Origin: the human T2T-CHM13v2.0 reference genome, Homo sapiens
Assembly: GCF_009914755.1 (NCBI RefSeq)
Contig: NC_060926.1
Length of the DNA: 64,000 nt
Strand: one strand, 5' to 3'
The notes under the pieces were generated by a model. It was not told where the DNA came from. It searched no databases and saw only the letters and a list, made by a program, of their open reading frames with translations. The translations under genes and the position numbers were made by a program. Position 1 is the stretch's first letter. Each line of letters starts with the position of its first letter. Of this stretch, positions 1-12,264 are shown piece after piece.

Positions 1-995
1 TATAGAGAGACATGGAAATGAAAACTGAAAGTACAAGTGTGGTGAGCTATAGTTCTGAAGGCATGGTTTTTTAAATTATGCTTAAACTTGCAAAATTACT
101 GATTTTTTTAAACCTGTGTATATAATTATACCTAGAGTACGATAGATTGAATCATCAGGTTTTTAATGATTAAACCAGGTTAAAACTAGAAATAATAGAA
201 AAGCTTGATCTGAAATAAAAGGACCAGCAGCCTCAGAAGGCTAGGGACTACATCTTGTTAGCATTATTGGAGTTAATAATTCCAGGAGGACAAAACATAA
301 CCATGACTCTCAAACTTAATGTTTCTTGCTGACTATACTCTGCATGTTGCAGTTTAAAATGCTTGTTTCTTATCTAGCAAAACATCTGCTTTTTGGTGCT
401 AAAAGCAGGATCCTGAGGGACGTAGTGATCTTTCCCAAGGCAACTTGATTAATAGTGGCTTCCAAATTTTGGTTAGAAGACATTTTGATGAAAGCAGCAG
501 TACTGAGTAATTGTTTCCACAAATTATCTTGATATACATTTCCTTTCTCTCCAGAATCTTAGGCAGTGGGATCTGGAGATGCACTGTTTTTCTTCTCCAT
601 AGCTCCTGCTCCTGTAGTTATCTACAAAGTTAGCGGTGTTTGCTGAACACCCACACATCTGAGCTCTGTGCTGCAAAACATCCGCATCCACTGGTCCCTG
701 GGAGTTTGTGAAGAAAAATCATCGGAATGTGGAGAAATAATAAACAAATGAACAAAATGTGTAAAACGAGGACTAAAATGTTTACCCCGAGGAGTTAATC
801 TTATTGCAATAAAGTAGAAGAGAAAGAATAAAACTGTGTTCTCAAATACACAGATGTGGGCGATTGGGGGCTGGACAAGAATAATAAGCATAATAAAAAT
901 TATCATTGAGGGTGAATAATCTTTATGCAAGATGAGTAGAAAGTGCTTCAAGGACAAACAGGGTTACTGGTTTGTTTTATAAATATTAAAATTTA

Positions 996-1316
<321 letters not shown>

Positions 1317-1884
1317 TTATTAAGAAAATAAATGTAAACTATCCTATGGCCCTTATTTGTGGAACTTTTCAGGAGGTCATAGTGCTTATTATATACTTCT
1401 TACTTCTCTTGTGTATTTGGTGTTTCCTTAACTCAGCTGCTCAGATTCCTATGTTCAGTGAGTTTTCTTCAATTCTCATAACTAAGGTGTCTATGGATAC
1501 TCAAAACAGGATACTCTCTGTTTTGTAGGGTGGCTGTAAGGTAGCAGACATTATTGATTGCCTGTATGGTAGGCACTCCCTTCTTTCTTCCTGACAAACC
1601 TTGAACCAGAAAAGTTCCTGTTGCCAGTGGAAGATCTTCAATCCACTCTAGTTCAAAGTAAAGTTTTTTTCAATTACAGCTGATACTGGCTTGAAAATAT
1701 AAAATAAATTATTAAAACACATCAGAGGAGGTGCGTAAAGAAAACAGGGAAATGGAAAGCAAAGGGAAAAGGAAATGGAGAGAAACAAAGGAAAAAGAAA
1801 ATATAGAAGTCTGATGAATTTGGGAATTAAAAGGCCTGAATTCCTGTCCCTGACACCTCCTGGCTGTGTAATCAAGCAATGCTC

Positions 1885-2060
1885 ATCACCATCAACATCA
1901 TTATCAGAGCTACGATTTATACAGTGTTTACCATGAACTCATTCCTTTACACAATCCTCATAGCAACTTTAAAAGTAAGATCCTATTACCCCACTTTATG
2001 GATGGAGAAACAGATTCAAAAAACAAATAATCAGCCCTGGGTTTTACAACTAGGAGATCT
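1885..2060 (-). mobile_element. MIR fragment
   Basis: Degenerate MIR core: tattaccccactttatggatggagaaacagattca. Confidence 0.6.
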
Positions 2061-2220
2061 CAGAATGAGGGGTTTCCCTGGTTTGAAAGTACGTACATGA
2101 TTTGAAAGCATCCCTCCTTTCCACAATGGTGGGATAGCTCCTAAATGTAACCTCTCAGAACATCAGTCTCTTCATCTAGAAAGGAATTATTATAATTACT
2201 TCTATAGTCACATGAGGATG

Positions 2221-2690
2221 TGTATTAATTGTCTTTTGCCACAATAACTTAATGGCATAAAACAACTCTTATTTGCTATTTCTCCACAGTCTGTGAGAAG
2301 GCTAGGCAGTCTGTTGATCTTGGCAGGACTTGATGGGGTGGTTCTAATGGTCTGAGCATGAGTCTGGTGGTCAGCTGGATATTGGCTGACCTAGGATGGC
2401 CTTGCTGGAATGACTGGCTATGTTTCACATGGCCTCTCATCTCTAACAAGCAAGCCTAGACTTGTTCCTGTAACACAGGCAAGGCTTGTAAGAGAGGAAA
2501 GAATGCAAGTTCTCTTGAGTTCTAGGGTCAAAACTGGCACATCACTTACACTATATTCTGTTTGTTAAAATAAGTCTCAAGGCCAGCCCAGATTCCAGGG
2601 CTAGGGAAACTGACTTCAAAATTACCTTGTAAACGGCATGTATAGAGGGAGGAGTGTAGAATTGGGGCCATTTTGCAATCGCTCTACCAT
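2221..2690 (-). mobile_element. MaLR solo LTR (MLT1H-like)
   Basis: MLT1 motifs in antisense: atggcctctcatc, ggccagcccagattc, ttggggccattttgcaatc...ctacca. Confidence 0.75.
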
Positions 2691-3379
2691 AGGAGGTATG
2701 TCAATATGCTTTATAAACTGTCAACTGCCACTCCACTGGCTCTCTAAAATCCACTCTTACTGAAAAGCACCACTGCTACTAATCCAACGACAGCTCGTTT
2801 TCATTGCTGTTGTCTCTTCTAGCTGAGCTTGTGAAAAAGAGCTAGAGAAAGCCATGTAATGAAGATCAGTGTATCGGGCTTTTCTCACGCACCCTGAATT
2901 CAGATGAGATTTTCCCCCTATGCCCTTACCCTGAGACTTTATCCACACTTGCATTCCACTAAATTAGGAACTCTTCTAGAAATAAAAATTAAGAAGAAAA
3001 ATTTCCAGCTTGGTGTTATTTATTCTCAGCCTTTCTGAAATTGTACATTCCATCATTATCATTATCATGCTTCCTTACTAAAGCAAAGTTCTAAATGCTA
3101 GATCCCAAATTCATAGTTTAAAATGCTTTAAAATCACACTCTAAGTCCCTAAGAAAGATGGTCTGAAAGGGAATCAAATGAGTATCAGCATTCAGAGTAA
3201 GCCGTGAAAGTTAATGTGATTTGGACAAAAGGCTGCTGTAACCTGAAACTCCAGGGATCATGTCTTTCCTGTCTCAGAAATATTTGTCTGTATTTTTCAA
3301 GTCCTCCATTAACCGTATTCAGATGAACTTGCAAGAGGACATCAACCCTTTATCAGGACATCATAAAAGCTCCTTAGGC

Positions 3380-3560
3380 CAGTTGATCTCAACCTTGGCT
3401 GGCTGCACACTAGAATTACCTGATCAGCTTTTAAAAATCCCTATGCTACGTTGCACCCCAGGATAATTCATTCAGAATCACTGGGAATGAGACATAGCAT
3501 GAGCATTTTTCAAGCACCCCAAATGATTCCAATGTGGCCCCAAGACTGAGAAACACCACA
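3380..3560. mobile_element. MER5-type hAT-Charlie DNA transposon relic
   Basis: cagttgatctcaaccttggctg...tcagaatcactggg...tgattccaatgtg...ctgagaaacac. Confidence 0.75.
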
Positions 3561-3694
3561 TGGGGCCCTTGCCTCCCTGCCTATAAATGGAAGGCTTCAT
3601 ACTGGATTCCAATTTGTACTAGGTTTCAACTCTATTTCTCTCTTTGAATTGCTGACAAAATAGCTTGACTATTTTTCATTAAACTCTTTCAGGC

Positions 3695-3925
3695 AGCATA
3701 TAGTAGAAAGAACCTCTGCAGTCAGAGCTGCAGCTAAATCCCTGATTAGTTATTTATTAGTTATATGATTTGGAGCAAGTGACTTAACCTACTTAGTTTC
3801 TCTTATCCTTAATTTCCTCCTGGGTCAAATGGTATAATAATTTCTACCAAACAGGGTAAGTTATAGAGAGTAAGTGAGATAAAGTGTCTAAAATGCTCCA
3901 TAGTAGACAATCAATAAGTACCCAT
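3695..3925 (+). mobile_element. MIR
   Basis: gcaagtgacttaacct...tttcctcctgggtcaaatggtataataa...tcaataagt. Confidence 0.7.
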
Positions 3926-4704
3926 TTCTTTTCCCTTAAGGATTCTTAATTAAGCGGTTTAGCACCCTCAGGTGACCTGCTGTTGACTGTTCAGGAGGAA
4001 GGAAGGGCACTCAATGTGTATTACATGCATCTGAACATAGTGACAGAGTCCAGTTGTCTGCTTTTACAAGCATCAGAAAATCCTGCCACGAATTTTCTTG
4101 GGGCAAAATATCATTATATATCTGCTTGCTAGGTCTCACTCCACAGGGAGTCAAAATGTTACTTGCTCTTTGTCCAGACACGTCAACGATGGGGTCTTTT
4201 TTTTTCTCAATCAGCCCAACAGGCCTGATGCAGATAAGGTATGGGGCAAAGACCACATGAGGATTTATGGCCAAGGACTCAGCCAGCCTCCCTGTGCACC
4301 AGACCAGCTTGCCACAAAAACAAAAGAACCAAAAATGACTGCAGAGAAAGGCAATGTCACTATTTCAGCAACAAGAGCAGCAAAATCATCTCTGGGTAGT
4401 GGAATTATTTTCATTGCTAATCGTAAGTCTCCTGGACAGATCCGTAAGTACACTTCTGCACAAAGGAGTATCCTCAAATTGCTGTCGTTTTTTAGCGACA
4501 GCAAAAAACCCACAAAGCAGATCAGCCTTTTTTTTCCAGTCTTTACATTGGTAACAAAGAGATAAATTTAGATTTTCCTAAAATATGCTAGTGGATGTTG
4601 TGTCTCACATTGATCTTATATCTCAGGGAATTTGGCACTTATCTCCACTTAAAGATTATGTATCTATTTGTTTATGTTTATCGAATGTCTTCACCATCTT
4701 ACTT

Positions 4705-4923
4705 AGAGATCGGCAAACTATAGCCCATTGGCCAAAGCAGGCCCACCACCTGTTTTTGTAAATAAAGTGCTGTCTTAAATACTAACACTCACTCATTTAC
4801 ACATTATCAGTGGCTGCTTGCCCACTGCAATGACAGAGTTGAGTAGTAGTTTTGATAGACCGGCCTGGAAAGCCAAAAGTATTTACTATCTGGATTTTTA
4901 CAGAAAAATTTTGCCAACCCCTG
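4705..4923 (+). mobile_element. MER58A DNA transposon inserted in an L2 3' end (L2 about 4640-5030)
   Basis: Termini tcggcaaact...tttgccaacccctg; flanks continue the L2 tail (tagactataagcttcataaggacaggg...tcaataaacatt). Confidence 0.85.
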
Positions 4924-7099
4924 CTGTAGACTATAAGCTTCATAAGGACAGGGACTTTGTGTAAACTCAGTGACCTGCACACAGTAAAGATGCATTCAAT
5001 AAACATTCATTGCATAAATAAATAATGTTAAATAAGTTAATCAATTCAGCCACAAAGCTACTTTTCTGGTACAGGTCTTCATAAAAAGGAAAAGCAGACA
5101 TGTGTGCCCAATTTAACGATATATAAAGCTGAAAAGATCCTAAAGATGGACAAAGACAGACCCCTAATATTTCAGCTGAGGAAACTGAGTCCCAGAAAGC
5201 TGAAGTGATTCTGCCAAGGTGAACCCAAGGAGAAGAAAGAACTATTCCAACAGCAGATTTGTTTTCCCTTCAATTAATAAGGCATTCTGTGAAGTCAACC
5301 TATTCCCAGGAAGGCCAAGACTTTAAACACGACATGCATGCAATAATAATTACCCTTGTTTCAAACTTTCATTTCTGGCTTATTCCCTGAAGTTCTTTAA
5401 ATGCTCACCATCCCAATCCATTTTCATAAATTTGGTTAGGAAATGACATGCACGCATTAAAGAACAGAAAGCACAGCTTTAAAATAAACTTTGTTAATTA
5501 AACAGGCACCCAGAGAAAGTTCCAGTGCACACTGAATGATTCCTCCAGCTACCACTATCAGTTTGGAGAAAAATTTATCCAGATCTGATATCCCAAACAG
5601 GGCCCTGGTTTAAATTTTAAACTATCCACCTATTCCCCAAAGGGCAAGATAGAGAATAACTTAATTCTGCCAAATCATAGTAAAAGGTAGATAAGGATTG
5701 CCCAAGTCAGCTTAACTTCTCTGTCATTTGCCAGCACTAGCCGAGAAAGAAACGCTGGTTGACTTGGTGTCTCCAATGCTCTAAGGCAATTTCTCTTATG
5801 TCATAATTTATTTTTCCTTAGAAAGGTTTTTATAATTCAGTCCTGTACAGAAAGCGTCAGGGACAGAAATAAATCAGGGAACAGATGCATGTTAGGACTG
5901 CAAGCCCTAAAGCCCTCAGTTGCAGCTCATTTTACTCATTTAACAATCATAGATTAGGCCCCTAGTGTTGCCAGGCTCTGTGGTAGAAACCGGGAGAAAT
6001 GAAGAGGCAATAGCCACTATCCCTAGACCCTAGAAGAGCCATGCTTCATATGAGAGAGAGACAAGGAAGCAGTTACAGCACCACGAGTCATGAGTCCTCT
6101 GAGACACACGCATGCCCAGAGTGCCTTGGAGCACGCTCGGGGGACACCCAGGCCAGACTATCCTGATAATGGAGTTAAGAGTTCGCCATATGAAAAAGCA
6201 GGGGAAAAAACTTAACCATGAAGTCACATGTTCAAAGACCAGGAAGTGAGAGAGAATAGGAATTAGTAAAGGGAGTGAAAACACTTCTGTATGTCTGGAG
6301 TCTTGAGTGAGAAGTGAGCTTGGAACAGAAGGCCCAGACATTTAAGGTTCAACAATGTACTCCCTAAAGCAAGCACTCACTCTAAGCCCCGTCTGTCTTG
6401 GGTGCTGGGCTAGGCACCAAGAAATGCCTTTTATCTTTAAAAAAAAAAAAAAAGTAAACAGATACCCTGAGTTTAATCTTCCATAGAACAGGGACCTCAG
6501 TGGTTTTCTACTCTAATTGTCCTTTCAATGCAGAAATCTGATTCCAATACCCTAAATAAAAGAGTATCTGGTCTTAGCTTGAACACTTTCAATGACAGGG
6601 AACTTAATGGCCTCAGAAATCAGCTTATTCAAAAGTTCTTCAAGTCGAATTGGAAATTGCCTCCCTCTAACTACTTCCTGACTTCAATAACACATTGGCT
6701 ATCAACTCTCTCTGAAGAAAGGCCCAAATCATGGTAAACAGAGCCCAGAGATCAGATTCCAAAATGTATATGGTCTCAACTTCATGATCACAGTGTTGAA
6801 TATACCACCAACTCCATTCCAAGATGGAGTTTCCTTCTATCTCTCTATGGGACCCAGGCCATACCAGGACCAAAGATCTCCTGAATGAGGATGCATCCCT
6901 AGGGAAGCTAGGCATCTGAACGCTGAATTTCATCATGCAGTGGGGCAAGGAAGGCCAGGGGAGCAAATAAAAAACAGATCTTGAACAAAACAAAATATGG
7001 AAGCCAAAGCACATAACACCACAAGTAGGAGCTAAACGGGGAAAGTCCTAGAAGAAGCACAGTCATGACACAGCAGTCCAGCTTCATAACTCAGATCTG

Positions 7100-7590
7100 C
7101 AGAGCATCAGGAAAGCCTTGTACAGCATGACAGAGACAATCATAAGGCCACTGTAAGTTATATACCAGAAGGGAATAGGTACAACCCTTGAGTCAGAAAA
7201 TATAAAGTTATCCAGTAGCAGAGAGAAGGCAGAATTACGCAAATCCTGCTTACTTTCCTCTTCACCATTAAGAAAAATGAAGATGACTCTGCAGAGAGTA
7301 GAATACACACTGTCAACAAAGAATGGAAGCCAGGGATGGATGAGAAGACACAAGATCCCATAACAGCTGCTTTATGTGAGTTCAAGGCCCTAACCCAGAT
7401 AAATTGATTCTAAGACACTGAAAGAACCTGCAGATGTTATCAGAGCCCCAGAGCTGCAAATCTCTGTGAAATTATAAACAGTGAGGGCAGAGTCAAAGAA
7501 TGGAGCTAGGTTAATACTGTCTCAGTTACCAAAAAGAGAAGCATCTGCAGTCTGTGGAAATGGGAAATTATAGACTGAGAGGCTGTAGTA
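7100..7590 (+). mobile_element. L3/CR1 LINE ORF2 remnant
   Basis: Decayed CR1 pre-RT motifs: EKAEL (gagaaggcagaatta), LKEPADVI (ctgaaagaacctgcagatgttatc), GNYR (ggaaattataga). Confidence 0.65.
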
Positions 7591-7699
7591 AGAATAGGTC
7601 AATGAAAACAGTTTAGAAGCTAGTATTGGAGTGAGAGGGGCAAGGAGTCATGATTAACACGTACAAGTAGTTAACAGTGGGACAAACAAGTTACTGCCA

Positions 7700-7870
7700 A
7701 GAGCAGATTGTGCTCTCCATGCCAGGCACTCTTTTAAGCACTTACTCCTCAACCCTAAGAGGTAGATGCTATTATTACCCCATTTGACAGACAAGACAAC
7801 TGAGACACAGACGTTAAGTCTTCATATTGCATAGCTAGTAACTGACAGAGTCAGGATTTGAACCACTATA
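7700..7870 (-). mobile_element. MIR
   Basis: attattaccccatttgacagacaagacaactgagacacag...ggatttgaacc. Confidence 0.8.
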
Positions 7871-8263
7871 AAGTGCTGCCTCCCAGAGCAGTTCAGAGGT
7901 TGGTGTGGAGATGACCTTGAGGAGGAAGCAGAAATTGGACAAAGTTGAAGAACTAATAAAAATTGGAGGATGAGATTGAGGTAGGAATTGGCAAGGCAGG
8001 TAGAGGACCTATAGGAGAAGCTCCTGGCTGGAGCTCAGGGGCACGTTGAGGACAGAGAGGAATATGGTGGGAAACCTGAAGCCAGACTCAGAGCACCTTG
8101 AATGGGACAAAGAAGGGATTGGCTTTCAGTTTCATCCTCAGGCACTTTACCATTTCATTTAAGCCTTTCAATACAGAATCATGGTGTGGAGAAAGAAAAA
8201 ACAAAGTAAGTCTTTCAAATTTGCTCCTTATACGCAAGATCTCTCTTCTTATCTCATTTAAGT

Positions 8264-8332
8264 TATTTTTTGTTGCAAAGAATATAAATCTCTTCAAGGT
8301 ATTTTTGGTTGCAAGGAATATAAATCTCTTCA
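8264..8332. repeat. 36-bp imperfect tandem duplication
   Basis: tattttttgttgcaaagaatataaatctcttca followed by tatttttggttgcaaggaatataaatctcttca (2 mismatches in 33 bp). Confidence 0.9.
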
Positions 8333-9038
8333 CACATGCAGATGAAAAAAAAAGATGCTGAGAGAGAGGAAACTTATTGGGAAAGATCCAAGGTCGGGAA
8401 GAGCAGTTGAGACTCATGATGGCCTTGAAATGAAGGCTCTCTGTCAACAGACGAAGCCCTGTGACCTTTGATTTGGCAGTGCTCGTGTAACCTGTTATCT
8501 AGAACTTGAAAGCTCAAGTTACATGTGTGTATATCATCTCTCCATCTAGACAAGTGTTTTCCAACTTCTTTGACCATGACCCACAGAAAGAAATACGTTT
8601 TGCATCACCACCTAATCTACACACGTATATAATCATAAGCACCACATGATCCCCAGTAACATACAGTCTAGGACCTTTACTCATAACCACTGCTGGCTCA
8701 CTGCCTGGCCTGTTGATTGGTGACTATACTGACTTCCTAACACCTTAGAATAAAATAATAAAAGTTCAGAGAAAATAATATATAGAGATTACCTTGTCCA
8801 GTGACTTTCAATATATTCTTTTAGCAAATAACCCTTTTTTCCAAATGAAATGTTCAGGGTCATAGATTTACTTATGACCCTTTCAAGGTCTTGCTAAGAA
8901 AATGTTGGAAGTCACTGAACAAGGTAATCTCTACAGGTTATTATACTCAGTGCAAAGAAGACATAATTGTTTTATTTTCTGTAGTGGGTTTGAATGTCTG
9001 TAGCCCTCAGACCACCAAACTCACCCCTACTCCCCCCA

Positions 9039-9063
9039 ACACACACACACACACACACACACA
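9039..9063. repeat. (CA)n microsatellite
   Basis: Pure AC run of about 12 units. Confidence 0.95.
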
Positions 9064-10275
9064 TTTCACACTGGGTAGATGGGCAGGAAATAGGAAAAGA
9101 CGAAAATCAAGATACATTTCAATTCAGTAAACTCAGTGTGATTTTGACGACTGAGCCCTTTTTGTTTTCTCCTTATTCCCAGGGCCCCTCCAAGATGGTC
9201 TCTGTGTGTACAGGGCATACATGTGGTCTTGGCATCGGAGTTGGGATGGTGAAGAAAGAAGCCCCTCCTTTCCACCAGCAACTTATCTAGTTCTGGGGTG
9301 TGTACTGGCCGGGGTCCACACGAGGTATGGTTGGTCAGCCCTGCAACCCCACCCTGGGCATTCTGCTGCTTCCACTGCCGCTGTCTACGTGAGATAGAGT
9401 TCACAGACTGTGCTTTCTTGACCTGTTCAGGCTCAGGATCATCCCTTCTATCTTGGCGCCACCTCAGTTCTCACCAGCTCTGCAGTGACCTAGCGTTGGG
9501 CAGCAACTCCTCTGCAGTCCTGATCCCAATGCCCTACCCTGCAGCCTCGGCTACACAGCCACCCACACGGCCCCATCCCCTCCCAGTGGATGACACCTTC
9601 TGGCACGTTTCGCAACCAGGCTCCCTACAGAAAAGGTCCTTCAGTCTATAAGATAAGGGAACAACAGTCAGGCCCCCACTGTGCCAAAACAATCAGCCAT
9701 GCAGTCAAGCTATGGATACAAGTTAGTCTCCCAGGCCTCACACAGGAAGCGACAACAAAGCCCAGTTTGCCTCAATCTACTACCTCCATCCCCTTCCATG
9801 GCTTTAGCCAGGGCGCTAAAGGGAAGCATATGTGCCTCACTGCCTCCTTCCCATTCCCCTCTCTCCCCTCTTCTTCCTACAGTTCTTCAGGCTGGAAGGG
9901 GCAGGTTTTCTTCTTTCCTCTTTCTCCTTGGTTAGAACATTGCCCTATTCTTTCCTCCCCTCCTCCTCTAGAGTTATAATGGTGAACACAGTGCAAAGAG
10001 ACAGTAAAGAAGAAGGTGAGAGAAGGAGAGAGAGGGAGAGAGGCCAGGTTTAGGTCCATAAGGAGACCTACATTTTAAAGTGTTTCAAAAACACAGTATC
10101 CATTTTATTCAAAACAGATGAAAATGGAGGTCCTTCTGTTGAAGCCAGGATAAGGGACTCAGAACCCCATCTGCTTGTTGGGGTCCCCTTGCTCTTCTCA
10201 GGGCCCCTAAGGAACATCTAAGGAATCCTGATAATTTATTAAAACACATCAGGACAACCACTGATATCATCTCGG

Positions 10276-10443
10276 CAAACGTTTTCCAAAGGAACTTTCT
10301 GTGGTGGTGAAAATGTTTTATATCTACACTGTCTGCTATGGCAGCCACTAGCCACATGTGTCTATCAAGCACTTGAAATGGCACCAGTGTGACTAAGGAA
10401 CTGAATTTTTAATTTTAATTAAGTACCATATTGGACAGTGCAG
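10276..10443 (+). mobile_element. MER3 DNA transposon
   Basis: gaactttctgtggtggtgaaaatgttttatatct...gccactagccacatgtg...tattggacagtgcag. Confidence 0.85.
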
Positions 10444-12080
10444 CCTAGCCCATTTATTTTACAAATAGGACCTTGAGGCCCAATATCATTCCACAGGCTA
10501 GTGACAGAGTTAGCATGAAGATGTAGTTTCCATGTTCTCTGTTGCTTTCTTCCTCAGCTCTCAGGCCCAGCTCACTGTTAGCCCAGTGCCCATCTGGCTG
10601 CTTCCACATTTAGTGAAGTGCACCAGGATTTAGTTATAACTTGCACTATTGTGCCATGAAACTCAGTTTGGCTCCAAACTGTGTTTTGTGTGTGTGTTTT
10701 GTTTTTTCTTGTTTTTGTTTTTTTTTTAGAAAGAAACTTGACCCCACTAGAACCTCATCCAGGTATAAAGACTTGAAGAACACTCCTATAAAAATTCCAA
10801 AATAGTATGGTCTCAGATATAACAATATCTGGAGTAGTGCCCTCATAGATACAGTGTTTTGAGTTTCCGTAAGTACAGGTGAATTTCTTCAACTCAAAAT
10901 GTGCCTTCCTGACATGGCTTGATGACCACAGCAAAACGGCGCAACCTATTGAGAGAACATTAGGTTAGGAGACATGGGAGAGCAAGGAAAGCCTTTTCAC
11001 TAACCAGCTGTGCATTCTTACTTGGGGACTTTACCTGTACGGGGCCTCAATTTCATTTTCTATTAAACACACTGCAATAACGCCTCCTCCCTTCTCTCAA
11101 TGATGTTAGGAAGATAAATCAGCAAAATATATGAAATGTTCCATGTTCCTAAGAATAAAAGCACTCTATAAATTTTCTAGCATCTCATTATTTAACACAA
11201 AAACCAAGCTCCCCTGAATGTAAAGTAGTTAAAGTCAAGCTTCTTGTATCACTTTATACCAAAAATTATTACACCATTAACACACCATTAACCACGGGAC
11301 TACACTGGTGTCCATTTTAACTAGAAATTCCATGTTGGAGTCATTCTTTTACTGTTATTCGGTAGAAGAACAATGATTCAAAATGACAGAACCCAAATTT
11401 CTATGCGATTTTCCGTTTCGGGGAGTGAGTGAAAGCATTAGATTTTTAAAGGACACTGTCATAATGTGTGCAGATGCTGACTTGCCAGCTAATAAGTTGA
11501 AAAGCTTAAAGGAAATAGGTATGGTATAGGATATCAGGAAAACTCAAATATAAACTCAATTATCTTTAATTTTTGCTGATACAGTAACAACAATAACAAT
11601 GACACTCTGTCCTGTTATATCCAAAGATGAAACTGCAGAAACTCAGCTTTGGGGCATGTTGGTCTCACCCCAGATAACATTCCTTTGAGCTATGGGCACA
11701 CCCGTGTCTGCGAGGGGGCTGAAGAGCAGGGCACCATTGCCATATGGAACAGAACAATGAAGTCTATCACCCCAGTATTCATCAGCATTATCTTCCTCCA
11801 TACTGAGATTTAATCCGCAAGTGTCCTGATTATTTTTATCTAGTTTGCAGACTGAATTCATTTATAAGAGCTTTCTAATTGGATGCTGGTTTCTCAGAAG
11901 CAAAGAAGTAAAGACACAAAAGGTAAATTCCAATAATAAGATGCCTTTTAACCACAAAGTGTCAATACTGATAGAGACTTTCAGGATTATTTGGTGTACC
12001 TCTTCATTTTATCAGTAAAGTGATTTGGCCAATGTTACATGGCTATGTAGTGGCAGAGAAAGGACATGACCTTGGAGTTA

Positions 12081-12264
12081 AGGGAACCAACTGTCCTGGT
12101 TTGCCCAAAACCAAGGGAGTCTTGAGACATGAAACTTTTTGTTTTTAAAGCAGGACAAGCCGAGGCAATCTGTCTATATTTGCCTGGGACTGAGATGTTT
12201 CCTAGGATATGGGACTTTTGTGCTAAGATAGGGAAAGTCCCAAAGTGGGAGCAGTTGATCACCC
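12081..12264 (+). mobile_element. MER94-like hAT element with duplicated internal segment
   Basis: Termini aggg..accaactgtcc / gttgatcaccct; the tttgcc...gggactttt block occurs twice. Confidence 0.7.

Noticed and set aside
2761-2893. Minus-strand exon candidate (cag|GG ... TCA|GTAAGA)
   Set aside because: Weak polypyrimidine tract and donor, and an unrecognised peptide; compatible with chance
4479-4508. Hairpin plus A/T run as a rho-independent terminator
   Set aside because: The DNA is human, so bacterial terminators do not apply
4098-4565. 155-aa plus-strand ORF and overlapping minus-strand ORFs
   Set aside because: Non-ATG start, no recognisable domain and no supporting exon structure; kept only as a possibly constrained non-coding island
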